A DNA stretch of 64,000 bases, taken from the IMG/VR virus record IMGVR_UViG_3300009594_000003, positions 1-64,000 of that record; one strand, written 5' to 3'. Below are positions 48,842 to 58,892 of this stretch, in pieces; the first letter of the stretch is position 1; each line of letters begins with the position of its first letter. The notes under the pieces are model-generated. The model worked only from the letters and a program-made list of their open reading frames with translations, did no database searches and was not told where the DNA came from. A program made the translations under genes and the position numbers. This DNA comes from a virus.

Positions 48842-48910
48842 CGCCCCGGCCAAGGGCCGGGGCGTTTCCGTTTACATAAGCTGTTTCTGTACTAGAATGA
48901 TAAATAGAGC

Positions 48911-49597
48911 ATGATCGATTTCGGCTTCAAGGAGTACCTTCAACTACAAGAGATGGCGGCGAGAAAAAGCCTCGCTAGAAGTCTTGAGAAGTGGATGGAC
49001 AACATCGACAAGCCGGTTGCTGTTTTAACTGCGTTCCGAAGCGAACATGACCTGGAAACGAATCGAAAGAGAAACGAGGAACTGGTCAAGGACTTGACGG
49101 CTGCCGGTTTGAGCCATTACCCTGTAACAGGACAAGGCCAGGAGATCAAGCGATGGGCATTCCTTTTCCGAGTAATCGAACCAACGAAAGAAGAGTCCTT
49201 TGTGGTCCAGCCACGAGGCGAAATGAGCGATACGGTATTCGTTAGCACTATCCAGGGGTTGATGAACACCTACAACCAGGATTTCGTGGCAATGAAATTA
49301 CCAAGCAGTCCTGATGCTTTTCTACTTGGGAGAAATGGGAATAGAGAACCATTGGGTCGAAGTGCCCATCCAAGAAGAGAAGAAAACCCGTTTTACTCAG
49401 AATTGCTCAAAGGAGTAAGAACGCCGCCCGAACAAATGAGCGGATGGGAAAGAACGGGAGAAAGAAGTCTGGTACGTCGATTCATCAACTGGCTGAGGGG
49501 CAGGTCTCATATGAACCACCCAGTCCCAGCCGATGAAAGAGGCGGCAGAAGATTCGTAGTGGGCGATGCACCCAAACACCCACAGGGAAATGCGTAA
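48911..49597 (+). CDS. CTS-like protein with DUF3293-like domain
   Basis: MIDFGFKEYLQLQE; LTAFR....N..RN..L..DL, EESFVV; TAAATA box 4 nt upstream. Confidence 0.65.
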   Translation: MIDFGFKEYLQLQEMAARKSLARSLEKWMDNIDKPVAVLTAFRSEHDLETNRKRNEELVKDLTAAGLSHYPVTGQGQEIKRWAFLFRVIEPTKEESFVVQPRGEMSDTVFVSTIQGLMNTYNQDFVAMKLPSSPDAFLLGRNGNREPLGRSAHPRREENPFYSELLKGVRTPPEQMSGWERTGERSLVRRFINWLRGRSHMNHPVPADERGGRRFVVGDAPKHPQGNA

Positions 49598-49827
49598 TGT
49601 TGAACCTCCTGAAGATGCCCTACCTTTGGTTGTTGGAAGTCCGCCTCATGCACTACGTAGGTCGCTGGAATCATTATCGCAATCGAGTCCTTGACGAACA
49701 AGCTGCGTCGGTGAATAACAAGATCAAGATCGCCAAAAAGGTTCTCAATGGTCCTCCGCTGGAATTGAGCCGACGCCACTACGAATACGCCCGCTTAAAA
49801 AACCGTGGCGAGGAACCAAAGCCATGA
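49597..49827 (+). CDS. Hypothetical protein
   Basis: TAATG and ATGA coupling with both neighbours. Confidence 0.5.
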   Translation: MLNLLKMPYLWLLEVRLMHYVGRWNHYRNRVLDEQAASVNNKIKIAKKVLNGPPLELSRRHYEYARLKNRGEEPKP

Positions 49828-50165
49828 ACTGGAGCGAAGTTCTAGAACTGGAACCGAAGCTCGCCGAGGTCGAAAAGTGGGCCAGAACCATTGACGATCC
49901 AGCCGATGAGTTCTTCGAGAAACACTATCTCGAACTCAAGCGGCGTCTTAATCCCATCGTCGGGTGGAACCGAGAAATCCCAGATTTTGAACGAGTACCA
50001 TATGCCAAGAACCCGGCCAACCTGGGAGAGATGCACCAGCACGACATCGACACCGGAAACACTCACAGAAAGCGTGTCTTCTTGCGAGTGCCCATTCACC
50101 TGCGGGTATTGTACACATCCGAAGCATGGGATGCAGCACTGCAACATCTACTAGAGATTATATGA
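49824..50165 (+). CDS. Hypothetical protein
   Basis: W..V.ELEP.L....LK..L...VGW...L.TS.AWD pattern; GAGG RBS. Confidence 0.6.
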   Translation: MNWSEVLELEPKLAEVEKWARTIDDPADEFFEKHYLELKRRLNPIVGWNREIPDFERVPYAKNPANLGEMHQHDIDTGNTHRKRVFLRVPIHLRVLYTSEAWDAALQHLLEII

Positions 50166-50515
50166 CAAGCTTCGCACTGTCAACCGTGGCGGTGCCATTC
50201 TGTTCAAACCCGATCATAGCTCAGAAGGCCAGCAAGGTTGTCTATGAGGGCGATTGGGTCACGACCAATCGCAAACTCGACGGCACGATGAAGTGCGAGG
50301 TCTCGGACTTGGGAAACGGAAACTGGAAGGGCAAATTCTGGGGCGAGTGGCAGAGAGTTAAGTTCTCCTACGACGTGAAGTAGTCTGGCCCGCCCGATAA
50401 GCTGAAGGGTACGGCTAGGTGCCGACTATGAGTGGACCGGCTCGATCACTGACAAGCGGTTCAAGGGCAAATTCGGAGGCACTCGCTACAAGGGCTACTT
50501 TGATTTGAAGCGATA
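50162..50515 (+). pseudogene. Decayed small beta-rich protein
   Basis: ...KFSYDVK*SGPPDKLKGTA then frameshift to ADYEWTG...FKGKFGG; TAG at 50381-50383. Confidence 0.5.
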
Positions 50516-50531
50516 GGTACTCTGTTAGGGT

Positions 50532-51203
50532 ATGAAAGTTCTCACCAAAGACCCTGGCAGATTCCTTGTTGTTGACGAAATTCTAGACAAGGAAACCTTC
50601 GAGATGTTCTGGAAGTGGTACGAGCAACAAGACTTCTCTTGCCCCCATATGGGCGGCTGGCAGAAAGTCTGGCGGCTCGCTGATGGCACACCTTACGGTA
50701 GCCATCCATACTACCACACCAAAGCCCCCTTCAACAACCCGCTGGATGCCGTCTACAAAAGCATCCTGTTTCTCGCCAAGGAGAACCCGGATGTCTGCGG
50801 AGTAGAAGGGACGGACTGGATCGAGATCATAGTCCGTCCCTACATCTATACTGCTGGGTGCCGCCTCTCTTGGCACAACGACCCCGGCTATTCCGCCGCC
50901 TGCATCTTCTATCCGCACAAGCTCTGGCACGCTCATTGGGGCGGGGAACTATTCATTGCCCTCACTCCCCCATCGATTACTCAAGGACAGGTCAAAAGTG
51001 ATATAAACGAGATCACCAGGGAATGGTACTCCGACTTTCTCAACCTCTACGGAATTGGGACTTACGTTGCCCCGGTCCCGAACCGGGCAGTTTTCACCAA
51101 AGGCGACGTATGGCACGCCATCAACCGTGTGGATCAAACGGCTGGAGATAACATTCGCTGTTCGGTTGTGGCGTTTTTTACAAAGAAGGAAGGTAACAAA
51201 TGA
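50532..51203 (+). CDS. 2OG-Fe(II) oxygenase
   Basis: LSWHND, WGGEL, PNRAV, WHAI, R.SV. Confidence 0.85.
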   Translation: MKVLTKDPGRFLVVDEILDKETFEMFWKWYEQQDFSCPHMGGWQKVWRLADGTPYGSHPYYHTKAPFNNPLDAVYKSILFLAKENPDVCGVEGTDWIEIIVRPYIYTAGCRLSWHNDPGYSAACIFYPHKLWHAHWGGELFIALTPPSITQGQVKSDINEITREWYSDFLNLYGIGTYVAPVPNRAVFTKGDVWHAINRVDQTAGDNIRCSVVAFFTKKEGNK

Positions 51204-51430
51204 ATGCAGAACTAGAAGCCCTAGCGAGCAGATTGGTAGAACTGTACGACGAGGGGTTATAACCCATTACGAGATATTTGCACGAGCGAGAGAGAAAGGT
51301 TGCTGGACCTACCTGCCGGACGCCCACAAAAGTGAATTTGACAGGTGGGACAGGTCGGCAGCCATCCGATGTAGGTTCTCTATCGAGTACGGCAGGCAAA
51401 TCAAGTGCCTTGCATCGTCGCAGAGATAGA

Positions 51431-51958
51431 TCATTTCTTCTTCGGGCCTCTCTTGAGTGGGACTGGTTTCATCTTCTCAACGTGTCGGTCCTTGGTGTGT
51501 TTCACTTGATGCATCATGTTACGAAGGTCTGCCACGATGTCTCCAGCGTTGTCGCCGGTCTTGTGGTTGGCCTGGATGCTGACCGTCTTGCGATCTTTGT
51601 TGTAGAATCCCTTCGACATAACGAACGATCCATGATCATGATTCGGATTATAGCTTACTATACCGACCCATTCGCCGTCATCCCAATTTCTGGTAGAAAC
51701 AAGAATTCGGATTGGTTTGTCATCGAACACCTGTTTGATATGGTAGCCATCTTGCTTTAAGGCAGCACTGACATAACCAAGGCAGATTTTGGCAAACGCT
51801 TCTTTGACTTCATCGATTTTGCTACGGAAGTTTACCTCGACACTATATCTGGTGGTCGTTACTGCCTCGTTCAGAGATGCAATATCTCCCAGCCACTCGT
51901 TTAGAGAGGTAGATTCCTTGATCGTTCTCTTCGCAAAATAGTCTATAAATGAAATCAT
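51431..51958 (-). CDS. CTS-like hypothetical late protein
   Basis: MISFIDYF....IKES; directly downstream of the neck gene. Confidence 0.65.
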   Translation of the reverse strand: MISFIDYFAKRTIKESTSLNEWLGDIASLNEAVTTTRYSVEVNFRSKIDEVKEAFAKICLGYVSAALKQDGYHIKQVFDDKPIRILVSTRNWDDGEWVGIVSYNPNHDHGSFVMSKGFYNKDRKTVSIQANHKTGDNAGDIVADLRNMMHQVKHTKDRHVEKMKPVPLKRGPKKK

Positions 51959-51959
51959 C

Positions 51960-52844
51960 TTAATCCATAGTTATTGGTAGTATATCGCCGAACTTATAAA
52001 TCAAGTCCTCGAACCACTTCTGCCTGTCCTCTCTCGCCTCTTGGATCAACTGATCCCCGTCTAGCTGCACCCCGCCGTTTGGACCGGGCGGATTCTTGAT
52101 TCTGCCTCTAATCCTTCCAAGTATCTCCTTAGCATAGGTCAAAGCTCCCTCGTTCATGGCCTGAGTAACCTCTGCCCAATCTTTGCATTTCTGTAGGTAG
52201 TGTACGATGACCTTCTGGGCTTTAGATGGCACAGGATAAAGTTTGATGTGCTTTAGACCACCAACCCACTCCCAACCGCCCAAGTTGGACGATATTCTAG
52301 AGAACATCTGCTCATACTGTTTGTATAGTACCCACTCGCCCATCCTTCCCCAAATCGGCTGTACCGGGTCTATCAGGCCCCCTTGAATCGAAGCGTAACT
52401 ACCGCCTGGATAGAAATACTCGATAGGAATAGCTCCGTCTAAATCTGAAGCCTGGAAAGCAAAGTTGCCAGTTTCCTTGTAGTAGACGTTCCTAATCAAC
52501 CCCACGTCTGGCGGCATTTCATAGATGCTTTTCCCCGGAGTGGTAATGAACGTGTAGTAGGAATAGTATTCTTTCCCGGCGTAGTCTTCAAACACACGCA
52601 GAACTTCGTCTATGCAAAAGTCGAGGTTCTGTTCATCTAGTTCTAGTTTTAGGGTGGGGGCACCCAGCATATGAAGAATGTATTCTCTGATTTCCTGACG
52701 TACTTTTTCACGATTAGGGCGTGGGCCAACACCCTTGTATCTGGTGTTGCCACTAGGAGAACAGGACGAAGCACAGGCACCAGAGGCCATTGCCTGAGCG
52801 GAAGGACGACCAATGACCAAAGTATTGTTGCCGCAATTACTCAT
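51960..52844 (-). CDS. T4 gp13-like neck (head completion) protein
   Basis: IREYIL..LGAP.L.LELD...LD.CID..L..F, A.AKEILGRIR.....GP.GGVQLDGD.L.QEA. Confidence 0.8.
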   Translation of the reverse strand: MSNCGNNTLVIGRPSAQAMASGACASSCSPSGNTRYKGVGPRPNREKVRQEIREYILHMLGAPTLKLELDEQNLDFCIDEVLRVFEDYAGKEYYSYYTFITTPGKSIYEMPPDVGLIRNVYYKETGNFAFQASDLDGAIPIEYFYPGGSYASIQGGLIDPVQPIWGRMGEWVLYKQYEQMFSRISSNLGGWEWVGGLKHIKLYPVPSKAQKVIVHYLQKCKDWAEVTQAMNEGALTYAKEILGRIRGRIKNPPGPNGGVQLDGDQLIQEAREDRQKWFEDLIYKFGDILPITMD

Positions 52845-52860
52845 AGTGAAATATATAGAA

Positions 52861-53376
52861 TCAAGACTTGTGATATTCGCCAAGCCTCGGAACGATATAC
52901 CTGTTTGCTATGTCAAGCCATTGCGATTCGGTAAAAAAGTTACTCTTGAGGTTGTTACACCTGTGACATGCTAAGCAAATGTTGTCCATAGTATAACCAC
53001 TGGCGTTATCTTTCCGGTCCACTGTCATTAGTGATTTTTTACGCTTCGTCGCTTTTAGAATCGCCTCAGATACACCACAGTAATAACAGACCTTGCTCTG
53101 CCCGTTGTACCAACTAGCAAACTCGTCTCTAGACATGTCTACCAACAAACCACGCTGTTTTGCAGTCGTTTTAATAGACGAGTACCTAAGTTTCCCTTGA
53201 TCGTATGCTTCTCGGTGTTGCTTATACCTCATCTTACGCCATCTGTCACGGTTTTTATTCAAGCATTTGTTGCATAGAACAGTTGACCGTGGGCTAATGG
53301 AATTTGGGCACTGCTTGCAAAGTCCTGCCAATCTTCTCTTCTTGGTTCTTTCTATTTGGCGTTCTTTATTTGCCAT
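52861..53376 (-). CDS. HNH homing endonuclease
   Basis: CYYCG, TVDRKDN..GY...NICLACHRCN.LK. Confidence 0.85.
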   Translation of the reverse strand: MANKERQIERTKKRRLAGLCKQCPNSISPRSTVLCNKCLNKNRDRWRKMRYKQHREAYDQGKLRYSSIKTTAKQRGLLVDMSRDEFASWYNGQSKVCYYCGVSEAILKATKRKKSLMTVDRKDNASGYTMDNICLACHRCNNLKSNFFTESQWLDIANRYIVPRLGEYHKS

Positions 53377-53461
53377 GATAGCCTCCTATATATTGGTAGA
53401 ATACAACTATGTTATCATAGTTAAAAACTGAAAACACTATGGTAATTTTTGGAAGTGAGAT

Positions 53462-56452
53462 ATGGGCCTAACTAGATTTCTTGAATTTGCTGAAAACCAG
53501 GAGAGAAACCAGTCGCAGGGAGTTGTTGCGTTCGGAGCCTACTGGCCTGGAATCGAGAACGTTGGCTTGTTTCCACAGACGTTCACCGAGGCTGATAAAG
53601 TAGATGTTGTTACCACATCGAAGACACCGATCATGTTTGATATCGATGATGTCGAGTGGTTGTCGCAATTCCCTCCACAGTTCGCCACAGCAGCACTAGC
53701 AATGCGATACGGCTCGCTACTCGTATGGGCTGTAGAAAAAATGAAGAAAGGGGAACCGATCCCAGATCGTGCCCCCATTACATTCATTGACAGGAACACC
53801 AGTATAGAATTCAGCAAGAGTCTGGATGGGGAAGAGGACATCCCCCTTGGCATGGACAAACTAATCAAGAGATTGACCAAATCAAGAGACCTTGAGGCAT
53901 TCCACAGGATGAAGCCCGGCGAGCGTGACAAATACAAAGGCGGCACGCTCGGATATAACCTAGAGAACATCTTCACAAACCCGCAAACGGGAGAGAAGTT
54001 CGCCGACGCATATATCGCCATGACCCAGCTAACCGCACGACAGGTTATGGAGGCATGGAGACACGGTATGACTGCCGGGTTTTTGAAGAAGGGCGATCCT
54101 TTCTCTATGCACGCCCAATTCCAACAAGTGGGCTTTGGCGGTGGGGCACCAAAGGAAGAGCGAGCGGTCCTGCTAGATTGGGATGGTACACTGAGACAGC
54201 AATCTCCAGCGGGTTTGTGGCTACCAGTTAGAACCGGCGAGTTCCTTAGCGATAAGATCAAGTCTCCGATCACCGACCGTGGCGAGGTTCTTTATCGCTT
54301 CGAGCGAGATGGCACCCCACAGGAAGTTAGAGCTTTCGTACCGGCTTGGCAACCAGGACGCTTGGTAGACTTGGCCTCTGTTCACCAATACAACAACCTG
54401 ATTGATGAAGTAAACAGGCTGATGCAGTTACATGGCGATCCCAACCATAAGTCCATCAGGGCGGTTGTGAACGATGCTCGTTCGGTTATTCAAGGAAGCC
54501 GAACCTATGACGAGTTCGATTACAACGTCCACCGTTTCAACAAGGAAACGGATGAAAAAGGACACAGGCTCTATCCTCGTCTTTACACACACAATACGGC
54601 TGGCATAGGCATAGTTCAGCCACACGCCAATCAGCCAGAGACGATCCAGGGCACCAAAAAAGATGCAGACACAATCAGGAGCTTCTTCCATATCCACCAG
54701 GGTAGTTCCGCACAACCACTGACTATGGACCCAAGTGGCTCCTTGGCCCCAGCTAGTGCAGTTGGAAGTGGCATCAAAGACTTCATCTATGATCTACTAA
54801 AAAAGTACAACGACCCAGAGGGGGCTACTACGCTTAACTCAATGTACGATGACATCTTCCAGGTAGCCTCTAGTTACCTAGAACGGTTGGCTGGAGAGCC
54901 TCTATGGGCCGACGCTGCCCGAATTCTGCGTGACAAAGAGGCTGACCCCGATGACAAGGAGAGAATCTACAAGAAGACGGCCAAGGATATTCGCAGAACC
55001 ATAAAGCACTGGACTAGTGCCCTATGGCAATTGGATTGGGGCCAAGGCACTCGCCGACAAAGACAAGCACGAGCAAAGAAAACCGCAAATGCTGTGGCAA
55101 GGCAAACACTTGAACTGCGAGACGAGATAGCTCAGGGCGGCAAGAGTCATGGCTTGTCCGATGAGGATTTGGCTAGACTGCGAAGCGGACGGCTCCCTGG
55201 AGAACGTAATACCGAGGTAAGGCCAGAGTCTCCTCGCATCGGAAAAGGCAATTTGCCTGCAAGTATGTCGGAGATTGGAATCGGCCATCACATCGCAACT
55301 ATCAGAAGGCGTGCCGCAGATATTGCCGCTAGATCGGCTGCATTACAACAAGAGAGACAGTCTGGAATGGGTAAGATAGACCTGAAAACCATGATGGACT
55401 CTCTAGCAAAAGATGCTCAGAACAGAAACTCTATTTTCAACCAACTAGTGCAAGCATACATCTTCACACAGATTCAAAGTAGTAATCTAGATTTTGACAT
55501 GCGTGCTGCCTACGATTGGGCGGATATAGAGATGGATAAGATTCTCAAAGGTAGCGGCATCAAGGTAGAAAAGGGTATTGACCAACTAATAGCAGCAGAC
55601 GATAAGGAACTCGATGCCGAAATGTCGGCTCTCAAGCAAGAGATTATCAAGTTGGTAGATGAAGTCAAGGATATGGTGGGCGATGAAACTATGTCTCCTG
55701 CTGTACGTGAATTCTTCAAACAGTACCCGATCTCCGAACTTATCGAAAACCCGGAAATGATAAAGAGGGCATACGAGGAACTAAACGAACTTGAAAGAGG
55801 CGAAGTGCTTGATGACGACGACTTCGGCCTAATCAAAGATTTCCTAGCGGACGCCAAAAAGCACGCAGATGCCCTCAAGGGTAAGGATACCATGTCTATT
55901 GCTGACAAAGCTAGACACGCCAAACATCTCGGCGACGAAGGCAAGTCGGCAACATCGGAACTAGAAGATTTTCAGGTTAAACTACAAAGTACAGAGTACC
56001 TAGAAGCTATAGCCAAGTCTCAGGAGAAATACAAAAGACTGAAGAAAATAGCATTAGCTCATCCAGAACTGCCTCTGCTAATGACGGCGATTCACAAAAT
56101 AGAGGAGATGATGCAGGGCAAGGGTCAGACTGTGCCTACGGTACAGCCAAAGCTGGTGAGTCAACCTGCACCGTCTACGGCTTCTACAGAGAAGATCGAT
56201 CCTGATTACTTCCTCGCTGATCTGCAAAGAATAGGAGCAATTGCCAGGAACGAACAGTTCTTAGACAAAATCAGGAGACTAGCAATAACTTACCCAGAAG
56301 AACCTAGATGGCAACAGATCATCGATCAGGCCGAGCAGATGAAGAAAGGCACCACGCCTATATCTCAACAGAAACCGGTTCGTCCGAGGATCGCAAAAAA
56401 GAAACCGGCTGAAAAGCCAGGAGGAAACCTATCACAAGGAACGCTATTCTAA
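53462..56452 (+). CDS. 996-aa helical protein with CTS-like N-terminus
   Basis: MGLTRFLEFAE; long intact ORF with no catalytic motif recognised. Confidence 0.75.
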   Translation: MGLTRFLEFAENQERNQSQGVVAFGAYWPGIENVGLFPQTFTEADKVDVVTTSKTPIMFDIDDVEWLSQFPPQFATAALAMRYGSLLVWAVEKMKKGEPIPDRAPITFIDRNTSIEFSKSLDGEEDIPLGMDKLIKRLTKSRDLEAFHRMKPGERDKYKGGTLGYNLENIFTNPQTGEKFADAYIAMTQLTARQVMEAWRHGMTAGFLKKGDPFSMHAQFQQVGFGGGAPKEERAVLLDWDGTLRQQSPAGLWLPVRTGEFLSDKIKSPITDRGEVLYRFERDGTPQEVRAFVPAWQPGRLVDLASVHQYNNLIDEVNRLMQLHGDPNHKSIRAVVNDARSVIQGSRTYDEFDYNVHRFNKETDEKGHRLYPRLYTHNTAGIGIVQPHANQPETIQGTKKDADTIRSFFHIHQGSSAQPLTMDPSGSLAPASAVGSGIKDFIYDLLKKYNDPEGATTLNSMYDDIFQVASSYLERLAGEPLWADAARILRDKEADPDDKERIYKKTAKDIRRTIKHWTSALWQLDWGQGTRRQRQARAKKTANAVARQTLELRDEIAQGGKSHGLSDEDLARLRSGRLPGERNTEVRPESPRIGKGNLPASMSEIGIGHHIATIRRRAADIAARSAALQQERQSGMGKIDLKTMMDSLAKDAQNRNSIFNQLVQAYIFTQIQSSNLDFDMRAAYDWADIEMDKILKGSGIKVEKGIDQLIAADDKELDAEMSALKQEIIKLVDEVKDMVGDETMSPAVREFFKQYPISELIENPEMIKRAYEELNELERGEVLDDDDFGLIKDFLADAKKHADALKGKDTMSIADKARHAKHLGDEGKSATSELEDFQVKLQSTEYLEAIAKSQEKYKRLKKIALAHPELPLLMTAIHKIEEMMQGKGQTVPTVQPKLVSQPAPSTASTEKIDPDYFLADLQRIGAIARNEQFLDKIRRLAITYPEEPRWQQIIDQAEQMKKGTTPISQQKPVRPRIAKKKPAEKPGGNLSQGTLF

Positions 56453-56614
56453 ACTTCAAAGACTGGCTGTTAAAACGTGAAATGGTTGGAACCGATACCA
56501 TCTATGATCCCAAGGTAAAGCCCAGAACCTTCAACTGGTGGGGTGCGGTCGGCAATACTGGTATTTCTATAGAGGGCGACCCTATCAAATCCAAGAAATC
56601 AAGGAAAAAGAAGA

Positions 56615-56953
56615 ATGGCTAATATAGTAGACTTCTTCAACGCCCTGTCTAATCCCTATAAACTAGCTCTGAAAAAGAATGTGTACGAGATCATCAAAGA
56701 TCGGTATGATAAGGATATAGATGAGGTTATAGATAGAATCACTTTCACCATCAGTACAGAGGCGGATTACAAGAAACTAGGTAAGCTAATAGCCGCCATC
56801 TTTGAGAGTGGTTATTTTAGGTCTCTAGATCAGTACCAAGAACAGCTTAGAAAACTAGGCGTCAACATCACGGTCCAACCAGAACCACAAACGCAAGAAC
56901 ACAAATCCATATTTCCTAATCAGAAAAATCAGGCGTGTAGTCAGAAGGAATAG
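56615..56953 (+). CDS. Hypothetical protein
   Basis: 112-aa ORF downstream of the large gene. Confidence 0.6.
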   Translation: MANIVDFFNALSNPYKLALKKNVYEIIKDRYDKDIDEVIDRITFTISTEADYKKLGKLIAAIFESGYFRSLDQYQEQLRKLGVNITVQPEPQTQEHKSIFPNQKNQACSQKE

Positions 56954-57542
56954 TTTTGTAGAGTACGCCGTTCGCTTTGGGCTGACTATCTACAACTTTC
57001 CACCACCTGAATTCATTGTATTTCTTGCCAGTTCTATATCTGGCTGGGTATACCACAGAATCCTTTGGAATCTGAAGATTGGTCCAAAACGTCATGGCTA
57101 TGTCGATATTATCGACTATGATCCCTTCAAATGTGAATTTCTTGCCACGTTCAACTCTCTTGTACTTGTCGCCGTACAGGTCATCTTTCGTCTCACGCAA
57201 GACAACCGGCTGACAGTGGAAAATCACGATGTTTTGGGTATTAACCCTGTACTTTGGTTTCGGTTCTTCTGCCACAACAGGATTCGCCAATTCCGCCTCG
57301 ACAGGAGCGGGTTCCTGTTGAATAATCACCGGTTCCTCTTTTGGCTTGATGACCATCGGTTTTATCTTGATGGGCGTTTTGATAGGCACAACTGCCTCTT
57401 CTGGCTGAGTAGATTGTTCTACCCGCCAACGGCAATTGTGTAGAACCAGCTTGTCTTCAGGCCCCCAAACTACCTGATCTATGGTAAGTTTGTTCGGTCC
57501 TTTCAAGCGATAAGGTGTCCCGTCTTTATTGGTTATAGGCAT
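56916..57542 (-). CDS. Hypothetical late protein
   Basis: TAGATA box 5 nt upstream; N-terminus N.DGTPY shared with the gp14-like ORF. Confidence 0.65.
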   Translation of the reverse strand: MPITNKDGTPYRLKGPNKLTIDQVVWGPEDKLVLHNCRWRVEQSTQPEEAVVPIKTPIKIKPMVIKPKEEPVIIQQEPAPVEAELANPVVAEEPKPKYRVNTQNIVIFHCQPVVLRETKDDLYGDKYKRVERGKKFTFEGIIVDNIDIAMTFWTNLQIPKDSVVYPARYRTGKKYNEFRWWKVVDSQPKANGVLYKTIPSDYTPDFSD

Positions 57543-57615
57543 ACCACTATCTACGCTTTACACAAGGTAAATGATTTCGTACAATGCCTGAGCTTTTACT
57601 TTGGAAGAAGTAAGC

Positions 57616-58890
57616 ACGAAACGTATTTTTGCGATATTGCTGGCTGTTGGGATGGTAGCCTTTGCTGCCCACGGCCAAACCATCGATACACAATTCAAAG
57701 GCAGCGGAAGCTCGAAACCATCAGGTTCGAGTTCCTCGAAGCCATCTGGAAGTAGCTCAAAGCCCTCTACTAGAAGCAGTAGCTCGAAGCCTTCTACCGG
57801 CAGCAGCAGTTCCAAGTCCTCTACTGGAAGCAGTAGTTCAAAGCCCTCTACTGGAAACAGTAGCTCGAAGCCTTCTACCGGCAGCAGTTCCAAGTCCTCT
57901 ACCGGAAGTAACTCGAAGTCATCTACGCCTCCGGGTGGCAGTAGCTCGAAGCCATCTACTCCTCCAGGTAGTAGCAGTTCTAAGCCGTCTGTAACCCCGC
58001 CAAGCGGCAGTAGCACCAAACCTGGAAGTTCATCGCCTTCGGTGAAACCGGGCACCATGCCTCCGAGCAGCCCGTCTGTAAGGCCGGATGGCAAGACGCC
58101 GAGTGGCACGGTAAAGAAGGACGATACCAAGCCAGGGGCTTCCGTTCGTCCCAACACTGACGATGCGATTCCAACAGGCCCTTCGGGTAAGCCGGTAAAT
58201 CCGAAGAGCGTCGGAGGCAAAACCTACGACGACGCTGCGGCTGCCGCCGCTGCAAGAGCCAAGTCAAAAGAGAATTTCCAGAAAGCCCAAACTGCGAAGG
58301 CTGAATACACCGACCCGAAAGGCAAGGTCGTAAAGATCGACAGTGCTGCCCCCAAACTGCAACTGTACGAAATAAACTTGATGCCGACAGCTATCGAACC
58401 AGATCAACTCGTGTCGAGCATCACTACCATCATCACTACGGCCCCCGATACAGCTACTACTGTAGTCAACCCTACGTGTACATCGGCGGCGGCTACTTTC
58501 CCCTGTTCTGGTACGTCATGCTGGACTAGTCGCTCAAACGTCGAGCGGCGTGGTTCTACCACAATCAACATGTCATGGATCAGGCCCTATACCAAAAGTC
58601 TCTTGCCGAAAACACAACCCTGCGTCTTGAAATCGAGAAAATGAAAGCTCGCAATGTGGCAGTCAACGCTGCTTACATCGATCCTGAGTTTGCAGAAAAT
58701 CCCAATTTGATGTACACTCAGGAACACATCGACGTCGTGTATAACCCGGTTCACGACGATGACCCCGTTGTCCACGTCGTTTACCACGGAGACGGTAGCG
58801 GTGGATGGATCGTGCTGTGGGTGCTACTCGGCATCCTGGTAGTCGTACTCATCGTCTGCCTCATCTTCATCAAGAACTGGAAGGAGTACC
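57616..58890 (+). pseudogene. Decayed secreted/membrane protein with Ser-rich repeats
   Basis: ACG in place of ATG before KRIFAILLAVG; frameshift near 58350; TAG at 58527-58529; C-terminal TM helix; TTTACA-N17-TACAAT upstream. Confidence 0.6.
57700..58030 (+). repeat. Coding tandem repeat of about (T)GSSSSKPS units
   Basis: about 10 degenerate 24-30 nt units such as AGTAGCTCGAAGCCTTCTACCGGC. Confidence 0.8.
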
Positions 58891-58892
58891 AA

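Noticed and set aside
57700-58030. Possible CRISPR array or non-coding repeat
   Set aside because: The units are degenerate, in frame, vary at synonymous positions, encode Ser-rich repeats and have no unique spacers.
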